Positions 12,052 through 26,675 of a stretch of 52,808 nucleotides of DNA are shown here, piece by piece. The notes below the pieces were generated by a model. That model saw nothing but the letters and a program-made list of their open reading frames with translations. It did not search any database and had not been told where the DNA came from. Position numbers and translations under genes: made by a program. The DNA is from Girardia tigrina (Eukaryota), in assembly GCA_001938485.1 (NCBI GenBank), contig MQRK01186088.1, positions 44,854 through 97,661 of the forward strand. Reading direction: 5' to 3'. The number at the start of each line of letters is the position of its first letter. The stretch's first letter is position 1.

Positions 12052-13860
12052 CTAGAAGAATAATTTAATAGCTAAAAAACGTCTTGTTATAACTCTGAAA
12101 TTTAAACGTTAAAATTATTATTTATATAAATTCAATAAATGATTCATTTTTATTATCATGGTTGTAATACCCTCTTTTCGAGTGTTCAGAGTGTAATATT
12201 TTTATATTGTAGTATGCAGATCAAATGATGTTTTTTGTATTTTTTCTTATTTTTTATTTATTTATATTTTTTGTTCACAAGAAAGAAGAATAATTGGAAG
12301 AAAATAATATCAAAAAAGATAACGAAATAAAAGACGAAATATTTCGGGTTATATATTTCCCCCCTTATCATTCCATATGACAGTTAATAATTATTATTAT
12401 TGAATTGTCAATGACAATATAAATATGAATATCAAAATAATCAATAAAAAATATTAAAATATCCCATCGGAATCATAGATCTCCACGGAATAATATGCCG
12501 AATAATTATTTCGTAGTCCAAGAATTCGAAGACTTTCAAACTCAAAACACGAAGAATCAAACTATTCACCGTCTCTACATTCATACCTGACTGACGATTC
12601 TATTTTGCGAAAATTATGCTCCGGTGATTACATTTTGTTTATTAATTGGATTATATATTTTTTTTATTCTACTGAATTCGACGAATTTGTTAGTCAATTT
12701 TTCTGAGGTTTCATCCGTTATAATATATGTATTTTGATTGACTTACGTCATTACTTTTATTTAGTTAAAATTAATTTTTGGCTGATACTTATGCCACTAA
12801 TTTATTAAGTTAAAAGTAATTTCAGGTTCGTAGCACCGAACTTTATTCCATTGATTCATTATTATCATGGTAATTTTATTTTACTTTTTGTCGAAATTTC
12901 AGATAATTTTACATCTCAAAACACAATGTTATTAAAAATATTAGGATGGAGAAACTCATCTGATTTTATGAAGTCTATTCATTAAATTTCTCTATTTCTT
13001 TTTATTTTATACTATATTTTTTCAAGTATATATTTTAATTTTAAAATGAAATTAACTCTTTATTGTTTCATTTATAGAATTGATGATATACTGAAATTGT
13101 GTTGCAAAGTGTTCTTTAAAATAATATGTATAATTATTTCATGAATATTTTATACATATATTTTATACAGAGAAAAGAAGAATTAAAAATAAAACGTACA
13201 TTAATATTATTCGACATTAAATTCCAAAATATTTTCAATACTTGAAGAGATTCATTACTTGTAGATTCAATACTTGTAGATATTCACAAAACTGTCGTTC
13301 GTAATGTGAATCAAAACCCTTTTGTAGAACAGAAAACTCATCTTTTGAAATGGATGAGATTCTTCCTTACAACATAACCAATGATCAAGAACCTAACTCG
13401 ATTGAGTCTTTATTGAAATCGAAAATGTTGATGTTCTGAGGAGTGATTGAATATGATAATTATGACATTGAGATTTGTTTGGCTGGTGCGAATAAAGTTT
13501 ACGTGTAAAGAGGAAAGTTTTGATGATTGATGTTTGATAGATGTTTACGTGACTTTCTTGTTAAATCTTGAAATAAAAGTTTCATTGATGATATCGAATT
13601 CTTTCGCTCATCATTAACAGAATCAAATTTATTATAATCATCCTTTGAATGCGACGATTGTTTAATTAATCGAAGTTGAATTTGAATTTGTGTTTCATGA
13701 GTGATATTGCGGAAATTCGAATTTAGATATGTTTGATTCAATAAGAAATACAATGCAAATTTGATTCAAATATGGACCCAGCTAATTCGAACCAAACCAC
13801 TGCGCAACCCTGTTGCCTCCGTCCAATTCTCGGGGCGACCTGAGGGTCGGGCGGATCATC

Positions 13861-13874
13861 TGGTAGCAGAGCGT
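13861..13874 (+). other. LTR-retrotransposon primer-binding site (initiator tRNA-Met type) after a putative LTR end (CA at 13857-13858)
   Basis: ca-tc-TGGTAGCAGAG is complementary to the 3' end of eukaryotic tRNAi-Met. Confidence 0.6.
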
Positions 13875-13879
13875 GAGTA

Positions 13880-14100
13880 AGGTTCTTGATAATTGGTTAT
13901 GTTGTAAGGACAGAACCTCATCCATTTCAAAAGATGAGTTTTCTGTTCTACAAAAGGGTTTTGATTCACATTACGAACGACAGTTTTATGAATCTCTACT
14001 AATAAGACACTACAACCCATCAATTAACATTCAGAATGGGCAAAGTAAGGTTATTTCAATACTTAAAATTTTTAATTAAAATATTTTTGCCATTATTACC
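13880..14100 (+). mobile_element. Penelope-like element, GIY-YIG endonuclease C-terminal fragment
   Basis: FSVLQKGFDSHYERQFYESLLIRHYNPSINIQ; similar to the ORF ends at 39.9 kb and 50.0 kb. Confidence 0.75.
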
Positions 14101-15096
14101 CAATAATACTTTAATAAATAATAATATTCAATCCCTAATATACCTTTTAAAGTTAATGTATATATTAAAATTGTTTTCAAATTGCTGATGATACAAGTAC
14201 ACAAAAAAAATATTTTTTTTTCCATTATCAGAATAACAAAACTTTTATTATAACCAAAAATGGAAAACTTCCAACATTTGGACAAATAGAAGTTATCAAA
14301 AAATCGATTACAAATTTTGTACCGGAACCACAAACAACATAACAGGTGTAATAAAATCGTATAAAATACCTGTAAGATGTGTAACTAGATTGAAAAATAC
14401 AACACTTTTTAATAAGACAGGACAACGGCAGACACAGTAGATAAGCAAAACTGTTCACACTGCAACTACTGGTCTGTGATGATAATTTTTACCCCCATTA
14501 CTTAAAAAAAGCATGCGTGCGCATTTTTGTGGTACCTTTGTATCACACCGGAGTACGCCGAAAACATACGAACAATTTCAGCCAGTAACTTGTACATGGT
14601 TTGTGTTTACGTTCACTAAAACTATTAAAATTAAACCCGATGTTACGTATTTTTACTACAACATAAAATTTTAATTACCTATCTACCTTTTCACTTAAAC
14701 AAAAAATTATACATGTTATCGATTTATAGAAGAATTTTAATTTATCAACATATTATATAATTTTTTTATTACCAAATGTTTTTAAATGAAAATATTATGG
14801 TGCTTTCTATGGATATTTGTGCCAGAGCCGTACTTAAGGTATTAAGTATTTACTTAAAGTATTTTCATTAAAATACAAACTGATATTGAGTTCAAAGAAG
14901 CAAGGAATGTTGAATATAAATCTAATGATAATAAATTATAAATAAATTTTATTTGAAATTCCGAAACACGTTGCAAATCTTTTCTTTTTTAGTATATCTT
15001 GGTTTGATTTGGATAAATGATGTTTGTAAAATTAAATAATGTCACCATCATCAATTTCGTTTTAATTCCAGAACATAAACAGTTTTAAAGTAAGTA

Positions 15097-17660
15097 CTCT
15101 AAAACTTCTAATAATCCCCCTGGGGGATTATTCTATTTTTTTTAAATTAGAAAAACAAGGACATTGGGGATTAATAGAAATTTTTAAACATCAAAAAACA
15201 TTTTTTTAAAAAAATTAAATTTATTCATCAATTTTTGAAAAGCTAGAATCCGAATAGTCCTCACCATCAAGAACTTATAATTTATACTAGCACAAAATAT
15301 TTTTTAAATTTGACACCAAATTGTGCATCTTTGAAAATGAGCAAGCTCATTCCTTCACCTAAGAAACATGAATAAAAACTTTTTGTAATCATTCATTTTG
15401 AAATAAGCTCGTATGGTGGAGGTTTTATTGTACCAGATTTGGTACGCTCATAAGTATCAGATTGAAACAATTGAACAGTTTGGTCCCACAGGAAGTCTTT
15501 TAATGATTTAAAACAAAAAGCATCCGCTGACTGAAGAAGACTGGTCAAACCACCTGGGATTATACAAAAAAAACTTTCTTTTTTGTAAATGCTCTTTTGC
15601 CTCTGGAAATATGGCATCGAGCACTATTAAATACAAAAAGTAGTTCATTAGGTCGTACAGTTACCATGTGGAACATGTAATCAATCCAAATTTTGAACTA
15701 CTTCATGTTGACCTAGGATTTCAGAGCTGTAATTTGAACAACTGCATTTTTTGTAGTGATTGATTCATGATTGCCTTTAAAAATAACAGTTGGTGGAAGT
15801 TTTGTTCCAGTTGTATATGCAACACAAATATTAGTGATCTTTAATCTGGACATACCAGCTGCTACAATAGAGGCCTTTTTAGCCCCAATGTTTGGCGAGC
15901 AATGAGAAAGGAAGATGTTTCCCGATAATTTTTAAATTTTTTTGAAGTTTTATTCCACTTTAAGATGGGGAGGAGAATAAGGAGTTTGGATTCATGCACT
16001 TACTCATTGAAAACAAAAAATCGGCATATCTGTGTTACATTAAGGGTTATCACTTAAACTAGACATTCTATTAAAAATATTCGAATCTCCGATGAAATAA
16101 GATATCGTGCATCAATTACATCTGATTGACTATTCGACATTGACTTCTTACTGGTCTACTTACTCATTCTGCTCGGAATATTTATCTAAAAATGAGGTCA
16201 ATTTAATGGATTCTTTATAAATGCGCAAAATCGATTTGCAATCGATTCTTTATCATAGATTTTGTTTTATTTTTCAGATTTAGAAAGACAATTTTACTCA
16301 ATTCCAAAAAAAATAATCATTCTCACACCCAAACGGTTTTTCATTTTACAAATGATGAGATCGAAAAATTAACTAACATTTGTAACTATGAGAAATCAGA
16401 TTCACAAATGAAAGAAAAAACAAATAATCCTAAACAAATTAACAATATCTCATCCATAGACATTATGCCAAATTGCTATAAGATTTTATCCCAAGTAAAC
16501 AACACATCGACCGCGGACTCTCAAAGATGTCATCGCTTTTGTTAACACTTACGATGGAACATATTAAAAATTCTTTCACTCTGAGAATAAATGGTGTCAA
16601 TCCAATTGTCAATCAAAAACGCATCAGATTTGGTTCACCTTTCGAAGATTTAAATTTAACTAGTCTCGATTATGAAACAATTCATAGAATAGAATGTAGA
16701 TTCGACCATTATAATAATATAATGCTCCACTTATAATAGGTGGGCTAGTGTAGTAACTAAGTCACTAACACATATTTTTTTGTATAATAAATTATCCATA
16801 TAAATTATAAAAATATATAGAAAATAAAGATCGATAAAAAAATCGATAAAATAATTAAGAAAATTATTATACAAAACCAAATCGGAATTATCAAATTTCT
16901 GTCTTTCCTGTCTCGTTCCATTCAATAATCAAAACTATCAACAGTGGATTTTATGACTTACTACTTGATTGATTTTATATTATTTTATTACATAGTTACA
17001 TTAAAATTTATTTTATATATTTATTTTTTTAATTGTTAAAGCGAGTTAATAAACTAATATATCCTGAGTGTTCATTTAATCGTTTAACAATAACAAATAA
17101 CAAAACATAATGTAAATAAGAATTATTATTTGAATTCCGACCAATCATCTTCGATTATGATTGCCGTTTCATCAAAATTATAAATATTTTTTTGGCAAAA
17201 TTTTGTATTCGTTTGAGGCTTTCAGATAAATAATAAAGCTTAATCCTCTTTTCATCACTTCACCATCATCTAAACTACATTTTCTGATTGTTAACTGGTT
17301 TCTTTTAAGGAATTTATCCAGCCAACCAATTGATGCCTAAAATTTTGAATGATCCAATTCCAAAGCAATCTCTTTAGCCCATTGGAGAATCATTTTTCTC
17401 GATACACTTTAAGTCGCTCTTCTTGAATTTTTTCAACTAACAAACCATCTAATTCAACGCATGCAATTTTTCTTCTAGTGCAGGCCAAGCGATAGCGATC
17501 TGGATCTGCACCATGAATAGCCTTTTAGCCGCAAGCTATTCTGTCAGTGTTTTATGATCTTTTTTGAATTTTTTTGCTGTTTGGAGCTTGTTGCCTCCTG
17601 TCTCATAATCATTAGTTGCTTCAAAGTTATATTGGTTGCTATGCTTGTTAGATTTCATTG
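15097..17660 (-). mobile_element. Fragmented pogo-family transposase, interrupted by unrelated DNA at about 15900-17120
   Basis: ASIGWLDKFLKRN and YNFDETA (17130-17660); GTKLPPTVIFKG and IIPGGLTSLLQSAD..FKSLK (15390-15890). Confidence 0.75.
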
Positions 17661-17719
17661 TGGATCAATAAAATTATTTTTTGAATCATATTAGACAAAA
17701 AAACAGTCGATCAATAGAT

Positions 17720-18845
17720 CATACGCATCCAAGAATTGACTGAGTGACGGATGCTATTGTGAACATCCACTGGAAAGATTTATGAAGACTTGGTATGTAG
17801 AATGATAATTTCCATTTACCGAAGATAGAAACAAAGGAACTGTTTGCGGCAGTGAAACGCGTTGCCGTTTGAGTCGCATGTGGAAATAGTTTTGTGGAAG
17901 GACAGAAAGAGACGAGCCATCATCGATCAGGAATGGTGTTTTTTCTGATGAAAAGTCTGCTGATGACGCGTTGACTGTGAAAAGGCCGCAGCGAAGCCTT
18001 GCGCTCAGTGCATCTGCTGCGAGGATGAACAACGCTATTAGTTTTCCGAGGTTGTATAGATGCAACAATGGGTGAACTAGCGGGCTAGTTTTCCAACCTT
18101 ATGGGGAAATATTCATGTGGTATTTATGTCTAGGGAGGAGCGGTTGCCAGTCCATTCACATCCCAGTTGACAATTACGAGCCTTTCATCCAAATTTCTGG
18201 TAGTAAAAACATAATAGTCGAGATTGACTGTATGTACATCTTCCATTGGCCTGAGGAGGGATTCGACATGCAGAAATTCTCGTCGTTACGACATTCATTT
18301 CAGTGCGCAGTGTCGAAATCTTGGATGCTAAAGTTGTAAGTTGATCATCTAATAGGGTGGTCGTGTTGCTGTGGTCGCTTACATTGTAGTTTGGGTCGAA
18401 GCTCGCGCCTGGGAAGGCAAAAGTGCGCGGAGACGTAGAAATAAGAGTCCAGCTTTCTCCGACGTACCATTGGTCAAACAGTGATGAATCTGCCGAAATA
18501 AACTCAAAAACACACCGATCACAGCAAAGACAATACCGATGGTGGATGGCGTGGTGAATTTAAAACATGAACTGTCATCTGACTCGATCCCATCCGGCAG
18601 CACGACTGTACAATAGAGATGAGCGTTAATCCTTAAAAGTCTCGCAACCCGACCCGAATTTTCATGAGTCGAACCCGAATACAGCCCGACTTTATTATAA
18701 TGCGATCCAACCCGACTATATTTTATAAAAACCCGAATTATCCAGAATGTAAACTTTGTGATAAATCGGTTATTTGTCAACCCGAACTCAACCCCCTTAT
18801 CTTAACTGTAACCCGAACCCGACCCTACATGATGTCACCAAACAA
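17720..18845 (-). mobile_element. Degenerate Ty3/gypsy gag-protease fragment
   Basis: FLIDDGSSLSVLP (decayed aspartic-protease DTG motif), TAANSSFVSIFG..FQWMFTIA; tggtgac PBS-like sequence near 18840; GC-richer than flanks. Confidence 0.65.
18646..18827. repeat. MITE-like fragment with repeated acccga motifs
   Basis: Many aacccga(a/c) repeats ending in cccta. Confidence 0.5.
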
Positions 18846-21800
18846 TTCGAACACGTCAAGAACTAAAATCACAACGCCACGGACTACATTAATCGTACAA
18901 TTCATGATCATCAACAATCCAGAGTATATTAATTTTGATTTGTCTCTACATGTTTGTATTTGGTTTAGTTAAACAAACTGTTTCTTATTTTATTTTCAAA
19001 TGTTAACGTGGTTGTTGATTGCAATTGTATTTTTCAGATCGAGATATTCTTATCCAATATAGTCAATTATTTTTTTGTAGGAAGAAAGAATTAGTTGTTC
19101 ACAAAAAGAAAAAAAATGTTTTTTTGTTTAATTAATTTCCGGAATTACTACAAATCAAGAGTATCGTTACATAGTGTTTAATACATACTTAAAACATCCA
19201 AAAAGAAGATGGCAGCTATAATAATTTTTGTAATTCCAAATACCTAAAAGAGTGTAAATTAATCCTTAACGCACTTAAAGCTAATGCGCCAAACACGTAC
19301 ACATTATATTCTTAAGTTTTAAAAAAAACATTCAGTACCATATCGGTATTAGCGAAAACACGACGTCAGCATAACAATTAAATTCAATATTTTATTGATA
19401 GTGATCAGAGATGGTGGAATTAACTCGTTCATTCTATCTGATATAAAAAATCAGCATGTATACAATGACCTTGAAAGTAGTGGCGTATTTATTTGTTTTT
19501 AATTGATTTGTTTCAGAATTTAATTTTAGAATATTTTTATATTTCTATATTTGAGACATTTTTCGTCATTCAGATTTAATTTTGTACCACAAAAATGGGA
19601 TTTTTGCAAAATAATAAAAAATAGATGGAAAACAACAGAGGCAAAAATGACAGTGATTATGAGACAGGAATGTGTTTTTATTGAATTCGCATCGAGATGT
19701 AATAAAACCAAAAATATTGTAAATATTTATTAGATTTTGTTAATTTCTCACTAGTTTATTCTGTTTAAATAAAACATAAATTGTAGGAACCTCCAAAATT
19801 GTACATTACCTTAAAATTTTCAGCTTTTTTAGAGAAATTTTGAATTATTATTTGTAAAAAGATTTATTTGTAATATTCAATAAAAATTAAAATAAAAGAA
19901 ATTGAATCTTTCTAAATTTCAATATTTTTTAAAAAGTTTATTTGACAGAAAATAAAATAATAATATATATGTTTAGAATAATATTTTTATTCAATACAAA
20001 ATATATTTATACGTAAAAATATTGCAAAAATCGTCATTTTGCACATAGAATAAAAATAATATAAATATTTTTCTGGTCGAAAAATTGTTGCTTTAAACTT
20101 TTGAACAAAAATTATTTTCTGATATTTTTCATTTGAAGTGTATTTTTCGATGAACATTATATTGTTTAAATTATATTATATTTCTTGATTTTTAAAATTT
20201 TACTATTCGAGTTGTTGGAGAATGCTTGCTAAAAATTAATACCTTCCTAGATACGAACTATACTCCAAAAACTTTCAAACAATAAATTTTTCAGCACTCC
20301 TTAACGTTTTTGCTGACTATGTTGGATTAAAATATAAAAACAATGTTTCTATGAAAGTTAATTTATGTTTTTAATAAGATCTCGGTGAATTTTTAAAACA
20401 TTTAAATAACCGTAGACTAAATAATAATATAGGTGAAATTTCAAATAACTTTGTTGTCAAAATTTTTTATTTGAAAATTTAAAGAATTTAATAAGCAATA
20501 ACCAAATATTGATTAGAATAAATTAAATGAAAATTGGCTGAATTCCCTTAACAATTATAACAACTATACTAGAAATTTTATCTAAAAAAACAATTATTGA
20601 ATTTGACAAATTTAATGAATGCGAATTTGCGATTGTTTTAATTTGTCAATTTATGAAAATATAGCTTTTGAATTGCTTAAAAAACATGGCTTATTTTGAT
20701 TTAAAATTTAATAAAAAATTTTCATTATTCATCTTCAACAAATTCTCGATCAATAATTCGTCCAAAGAAAACAGAAAATTATAATAATAGAAATTCGTGA
20801 TTTTCTTTACATATCGATTTTTTTTCTGTTTTCATCAAATTGAAAATCGTATCCGGTATTGATCGATTGACGTATCGCGCATATTTCTGTGGTCCATAGA
20901 AATGAATTCACTCAACAGTTATCCGAACAGGGCAGAACAATTTCAAGTCGTATGGTCTGTGGAGTCAGTACTTCTATAACATGCTTTACCGGCTACCCGG
21001 TTGCTCCAGCGTAAACTCTGCCGACTTCGCGTCGCTCCAAGCGCCTTTCGGAGTCAACCAGCTGCTGGCGCCTCAGTTTGCGTTACAGTACAGCGACACC
21101 CGGGGACTGGACGACACTCGAGCGTGTTGGGGTCTGACATGCATGCTGCCGCTCTGTCGACTCCCTCTGCCGAACATGCCGCCGCTGCTACACAGTCAAG
21201 GGACAATCCACCTCAAACTATCGATCCGAACTCGGCTCATTCCCTCTCGATCCCTTCTCACGATGGTATCGATCATCGACTCAAATCAAGAAATCCTCCA
21301 ATGATTTTACGCAAAATTCGCCGACTGAATTTCGATTCTACAACCCCCAGATCTGAGTGGGACAGTCGACATTCGGCCAGTAATTCATGGGTGACAATTG
21401 AATCACAGTTGTCCAAGAGAAGTGACCCTAGTCACTTCAAATATAATAAAATCCTTTTTTTTATAAATTACAATATAAATCAAGTAGTTTGAAAACTCAA
21501 AACATTTCAAATAATGGATAATCATTTTCCGTAATTTGATTAAACGTTTTTAAAATGCGACCATTAAAATAAAACTGTAAATTTTCCACTAAATGTCCAG
21601 ATTAGTTTTTCACAGACTACCGGCTCTGATTTGATTGCGCCGACGATGATCAATACCAATTTGATTAGGATTTATATATAATCTTCATTGATCGATTTAT
21701 CGGACAGAGTTTGAAGTGAATAGTAAGTTTCCAGTGGATAATTTGAGTAAGCAATATCCGACATTAATTACCATAAAAACAATGAAAAATTCGAATTTCA

Positions 21801-22245
21801 ATTTTTTTTATTGACAAAACAAATTGTGATTATCACAAACGATAATTTTTTTTTCACTGTCTTTACATTTTTTGATAGTGGAGTATTAGCAACTGTTTCT
21901 ATATAAATAATAGCATTGGATTTTAATATATAAATGTATTTATAAATATAAATATGATTTAATTTTGTGTCCATACAAAGACTAATGCAGCTAAACTACT
22001 AAAATATTAAAAAAAACAATAAATTAGAATTTTCCTAATTTTGGCTTAAATTAATAATGAAATGATTAAATTCTAGAATATTCTATAGGTTTAGTAGTTT
22101 ATATGATAGACATGGCTAAATAGACATCACAAAAGAATAAATAAATAATTTAGAAAAATTGATCATTTCTTTTTAAAAATATGAATAGACTTTAATCTTT
22201 GCTTTTAGCACAAAAATAATTAAAATACGGCAAGAAAAATCATAC

Positions 22246-22509
22246 TTTCATGTCTTTTAATACCCATGAAAATCCAAAAGTAGGATGAATTAGTTCAACA
22301 AGATATAAAAGAATTTCCAGTGTTCTTATATCAGCATGAAATCGAGAGCGCAGATCATGATACTGAACTTTTACCGCAACTCTCTCATTTGATTTATACA
22401 CAGCTTCGTGAACCTGAGCTAAACTAGCAGCTGCAAATGGATCGGTATTAAATTCAGAAAATAATTCATGTGGCTCGTGACCCAAATCCTCAAGAAACAC
22501 TTTTTTAAC
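22246..22509 (-). CDS. ADCK5: ADCK5-like kinase exon 4
   Basis: PFAAASLAQVH..VAVKVQY.DLR.RF.ADI.TLE..HPTFGFSWVL, an ADCK5-type sequence. Confidence 0.96.
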
Positions 22510-22561
22510 CTTAGAAAAAGAAGTGTAAATATTTTGTTTTGACTAAATTTTTAAATTTTAC

Positions 22562-22762
22562 TTTTTCAAAACTTTTTGGTGAAGCTTTATCGTGCAGTTG
22601 TTCAAGAGTAGAAATATATTGTTGAGGCAAAATATGGTTCATGGCAACTAATCCTTGACCTAACTTAATATATAAACCACCATTCTTAAGACATCCATCT
22701 AATATCCTCTCAGCGCTTCGTTGATGACATAAATTAATTTTTACTTTATAATTTTGTGAATT
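22562..22762 (-). CDS. ADCK5: ADCK5-like kinase exon 3
   Basis: CHQRSAERIL..NGGLYIKLGQ (KxGQ motif)..NHILP; followed by a 52-bp intron. Confidence 0.96.
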
Positions 22763-25217
22763 CTAAATTTAAAATATAGTATATAAATTTTTAAGATCTC
22801 AAATTTTTAACTAGAGAAAATATATTTTTTTAAAAATCAAATCACAGTTTAAAAGTGTGTTGATAGATCTGCTAGATATACTAAAAGCCTATAAACTCAC
22901 TTTTAACCAAATAAATAATACGTAAAATATGTGATATTCAGAAAGAGATTTAGAAGGTTTCCAATCCAAAACCCATAATATAGGAAAATAAAAGATTTTA
23001 AAAGTTATATATTGAACTATATTAACTAAATAGCTTTAGAGTAGGAAGAACAAAAATCAATCTTGAATATTCACAATACCAGGAAGAGTTGTGAGAAGGA
23101 ATTGGTAATGAATAAATTACTTTATTCCAATGGCGAGTAAGACATAATATTTCGATTGTCGCCTGTTTCAATAAATGGTAAGAGTGTTTTATCACAAATT
23201 GATAAATAAACTTTTCTTCGTTGAATATGATAAAAATAATTTGATGGATCACAAGAAAAAAGAGAATCAATCTCACCGAATATGTTACGGCAGTCTATGA
23301 TAGAAGAAAAACGAATCAGTTTCACCGAAAATATATATAAATGTTGTCTCGTAATAGTTTGTTCGTGGTATATATAGAGGATCTGTTTCCAAATAATTAT
23401 TAGTGCAGTTTCGTAATAATTTGTTAGAGATATGAATTGAGTTATTATTATCATTTACTTTTCAATTTTTTAATAATTTTCGATTACATTTTATTCCAAA
23501 GAAATATTGTTTTCGCTATGGGATTTTTCATTCAAATTATTATTATACTTAATTATGTTAAGATTAATCTAAATAATACATATAATAATACACTGACATT
23601 AATTTACTAAATATAATATACTAACTAAATAAATATTTACATGAAAATTTCAATAAAAAATAATATAATTAAAATATATTTAATATATTATATATATTTT
23701 TTATATATTTGTAACTAGAGATAATATTTTTTTGCTAAATAAAATCACAGTTTTCTATTACATTCAATTAGTAAATATTGGTTTGTAAAAATTGTTTTTT
23801 GTAATCTTATATATCTGTTTCTAAATGAAATGGAAAATGGTGTGATTTAAAACATTTAAATCTTAGTATTAAAGTATTAGTTAAGTTTATTTAAATAGAT
23901 AATACTTTATCAAAAAAAATCATTTTATTTTTAGTTTAAAATAACAGTTGAAAAAAGTCTTGTAATAAATATAGAACTTCGAATAATTTTATAGCTTTCA
24001 AAAAAATCAGTATATTTGTATGTACTTGATGAGCCTTAAAAGTCATAAGATTCACAGATAAATAAGAAAAATAAATCAACCAACTTAAATTTAAAATAGT
24101 AATTATATGTAAATAATTCAAATAAGCTTTGTCCAATTAAGAATTTTAAAATTTCAGATGTTTAATATTATAATCAAAAACCTTATTAGGTTCAAATTAA
24201 GAAAAAAATAAATGTAAATTTCAATTTCGAAATCATATGCAAATCTTAAAAAATTGAAATTTTTTTAGTAATCCATTTTTAATTACTTTCAGTTTATGTT
24301 CCAATCTTGTTTATCAATGTAATGCTTCAAACGTTTGAGGACTTTTCATCATCTCTGTAAAAAATTCAGGAACAGATGATTGAGTAATAATAGCAATATA
24401 AGTGGATATTTTGGAAGTTTGTAGGTCAATGTGAAAATAATCAATTTTAAATTAATGTGTAATAATTAAATTTTTTTCGTGAAATTCTTCTAATGCATTT
24501 CTGATTAAAAATCGTATTTGATCAATCAATGTTCAAACAAGTTGGTATTTCATTTTGTTGAAAGTATTTAATTATTTTTGACTTAAGTTGATTACATAAT
24601 CATCATACTTAAGTCACAAATAATGTTGTTTTGAGTTAAAATAAAGATAGTTTAACATGAGCCAGTGCATGTGACTGTTAAGTCATGTTTTTAAGTAAAT
24701 AATGAAAACAGATATTCAACCCATGATATAACAAAAACATGGAGTGCTTATCTTTCTAAAGGGCATCTTTATTGAAGGACATTAAGACTACTGTCGTATA
24801 AATTGGTATCCGACAATATTCAAGAACAGTATAAAAAATCAATTAACATCGATGATTCCGAGATACGAAATAACCGACAATCTGAAGCGTAATGGGCTTA
24901 GAATCTTTTTGATTCATGAGTTACAATGTTTCGAGTTTGTTGACTGAGAACAAGAATTTCTTTTAAGTTGTTTAAATAGTGTCATATATATTTTTTTTCA
25001 TTACACGATTAAATGTTCTCCATTTAGGAGTGACTTAATATTATTCAGAAATTATCAACGTTTTTCTAGACGATATCTTTAGAATGTTTCTCTAAATGAA
25101 ACTTTCATAAGTCATATACTTCGATTATCAATTCATTTTGAAAAATGAAAATGGTTATTTCAGTAAAATAGTTTAATTATTTCTACTGTTTACAATCGTC
25201 TATCAAAATCTGTTATA

Positions 25218-26445
25218 TTAGGTTGTTCGATATGAAACGGGTCAAACTTCACACCTTACATTTCAATCGCGTATAACTTAACTTTGAACTATCGTATGAA
25301 AATAAATAAGGTATTTCTTGACAGATANNNNNNNNNNNNNNNNNNNNNNNNNNNNNNNNNNNNNNNNNNNNNNNNNNNNNNNNNNNNNNNNNNNNNNNNN
25401 NNNNNNNNNNNNNNNNNNNNNNNNNNNNNNNNNNNNNNNNNNNNNNNNNNNNNNNNNNNNNNNNNNNNNNNNNNNNNNNNNNNNNNNNNNNNNNNNNNNN
25501 NNNNNNNNNNNNNNNNNNNNNNNNNNNNNNNNNNNNNNNNNNNNNNNNNNNNNNNNNNNNNNNNNNNNNNNNNNNNNNNNNNNNNNNNNNNNNNNNNNNN
25601 NNNNNNNNNNNNNNNNNNNNNNNNNNNNNNNNNNNNNNNNNNNNNNNNNNNNNNNNNNNNNNNNNNNNNNNNNNNNNNNNNNNNNNNNNNNNNNNNNNNN
25701 NNNNNNNNNNNNNNNNNNNNNNNNNNNNNNNNNNNNNNNNNNNNNNNNNNNNNNNNNNNNNNNNNNNNNNNNNNNNNNNNNNNNNNNNNNNNNNNNNNNN
25801 NNNNNNNNNNNNNNNNNNNNNNNNNNNNNNNNNNNNNNNNNNNNNNNNNNNNNNNNNNNNNNNNNNNNNNNNNNNNNNNNNNNNNNNNNNNNNNNNNNNN
25901 NNNNNNNNNNNNNNNNNNNNNNNNNNNNNNNNNNNNNNNNNNNNNNNNNNNNNNNNNNNNNNNNNNNNNNNNNNNNNNNNNNNNNNNNNNNNNNNNNNNN
26001 NNNNNNNNNNNNNNNNNNNNNNNNNNNNNNNNNNNNNNNNNNNNNNNNNNNNNNNNNNNNNNNNNNNNNNNNNNNNNNNNNNNNNNNNNNNNNNNNNNNN
26101 NNNNNNNNCGTGGCAAAGCTACAGCAGTTGGGTCTCGAAACTCTTCGCCACCCACCATATTCACCGGATCTCGCACCCACGGACTACCACTTTTTCCAAA
26201 GCTTGGATAACTTCTTGTCGGGGAAAATTTCACTTCTTCGGGGGCTGTGAAAACGGCCTTTCAAGAATTCATTGACTCTCGTGAATCAGTGTTTTATACT
26301 AAAGGTTAAATGTGTTACCATTGAAATGGCAACAGTGTGTTGACAACATGGGGGGATATTTTGATTAAAAATAAAATGTTATTATTTAAAAAAAATCGAT
26401 TTACATTTTACTTTAATTTTGACCCGTTCATATCGAACAACCTAA
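25218..26445 (+). mobile_element. Mariner element (interior mostly N) in ADCK5 intron 2
   Basis: TIRs ttaggttgttcgatatgaaacgggtcaaa / tttgacccgttcatatcgaacaacctaa with TA TSD; HPPYSPDLAPTDYHFF. Confidence 0.95.
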
Positions 26446-26568
26446 TAATATACATTATCTCAATATATTCAATCAACAACTCAACCATTTAAAATGGTGA
26501 CAGAATAAGAAGAACCATCTAGTTACGCACACATCGTGAGACATCACAATCATAAAAACACAAATTAC

Positions 26569-26632
26569 CTCTTCCAAGCCAAACAAAGATAACTTATAAT
26601 CCAAAGAATTCACCATTCCTATATAGAAAGTT
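26569..26632 (-). CDS. ADCK5: ADCK5-like kinase exon 2
   Basis: RTFYIGMVNSLDYKLSLFGLEE; GT-AG boundaries with consistent phase. Confidence 0.88.
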
Positions 26633-26675
26633 CTTATATTATATCATTTGAAAGAAATGTCAGAATGAGTGATAC

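Noticed and set aside
14184-14215. CUGAUGA downstream of the Penelope fragment
   Set aside because: No stem II or GAAA; at best a decayed hammerhead.
23022-23454. ORFs faintly resembling a retroelement RT C-terminus
   Set aside because: No diagnostic motif recognisable.
25278-26250. Long ORFs of about 300 aa in the ORF track (also 31382-32425, 39986-40967, 44760-45077 and 48236-48555)
   Set aside because: Artefacts of N gaps translated as X.
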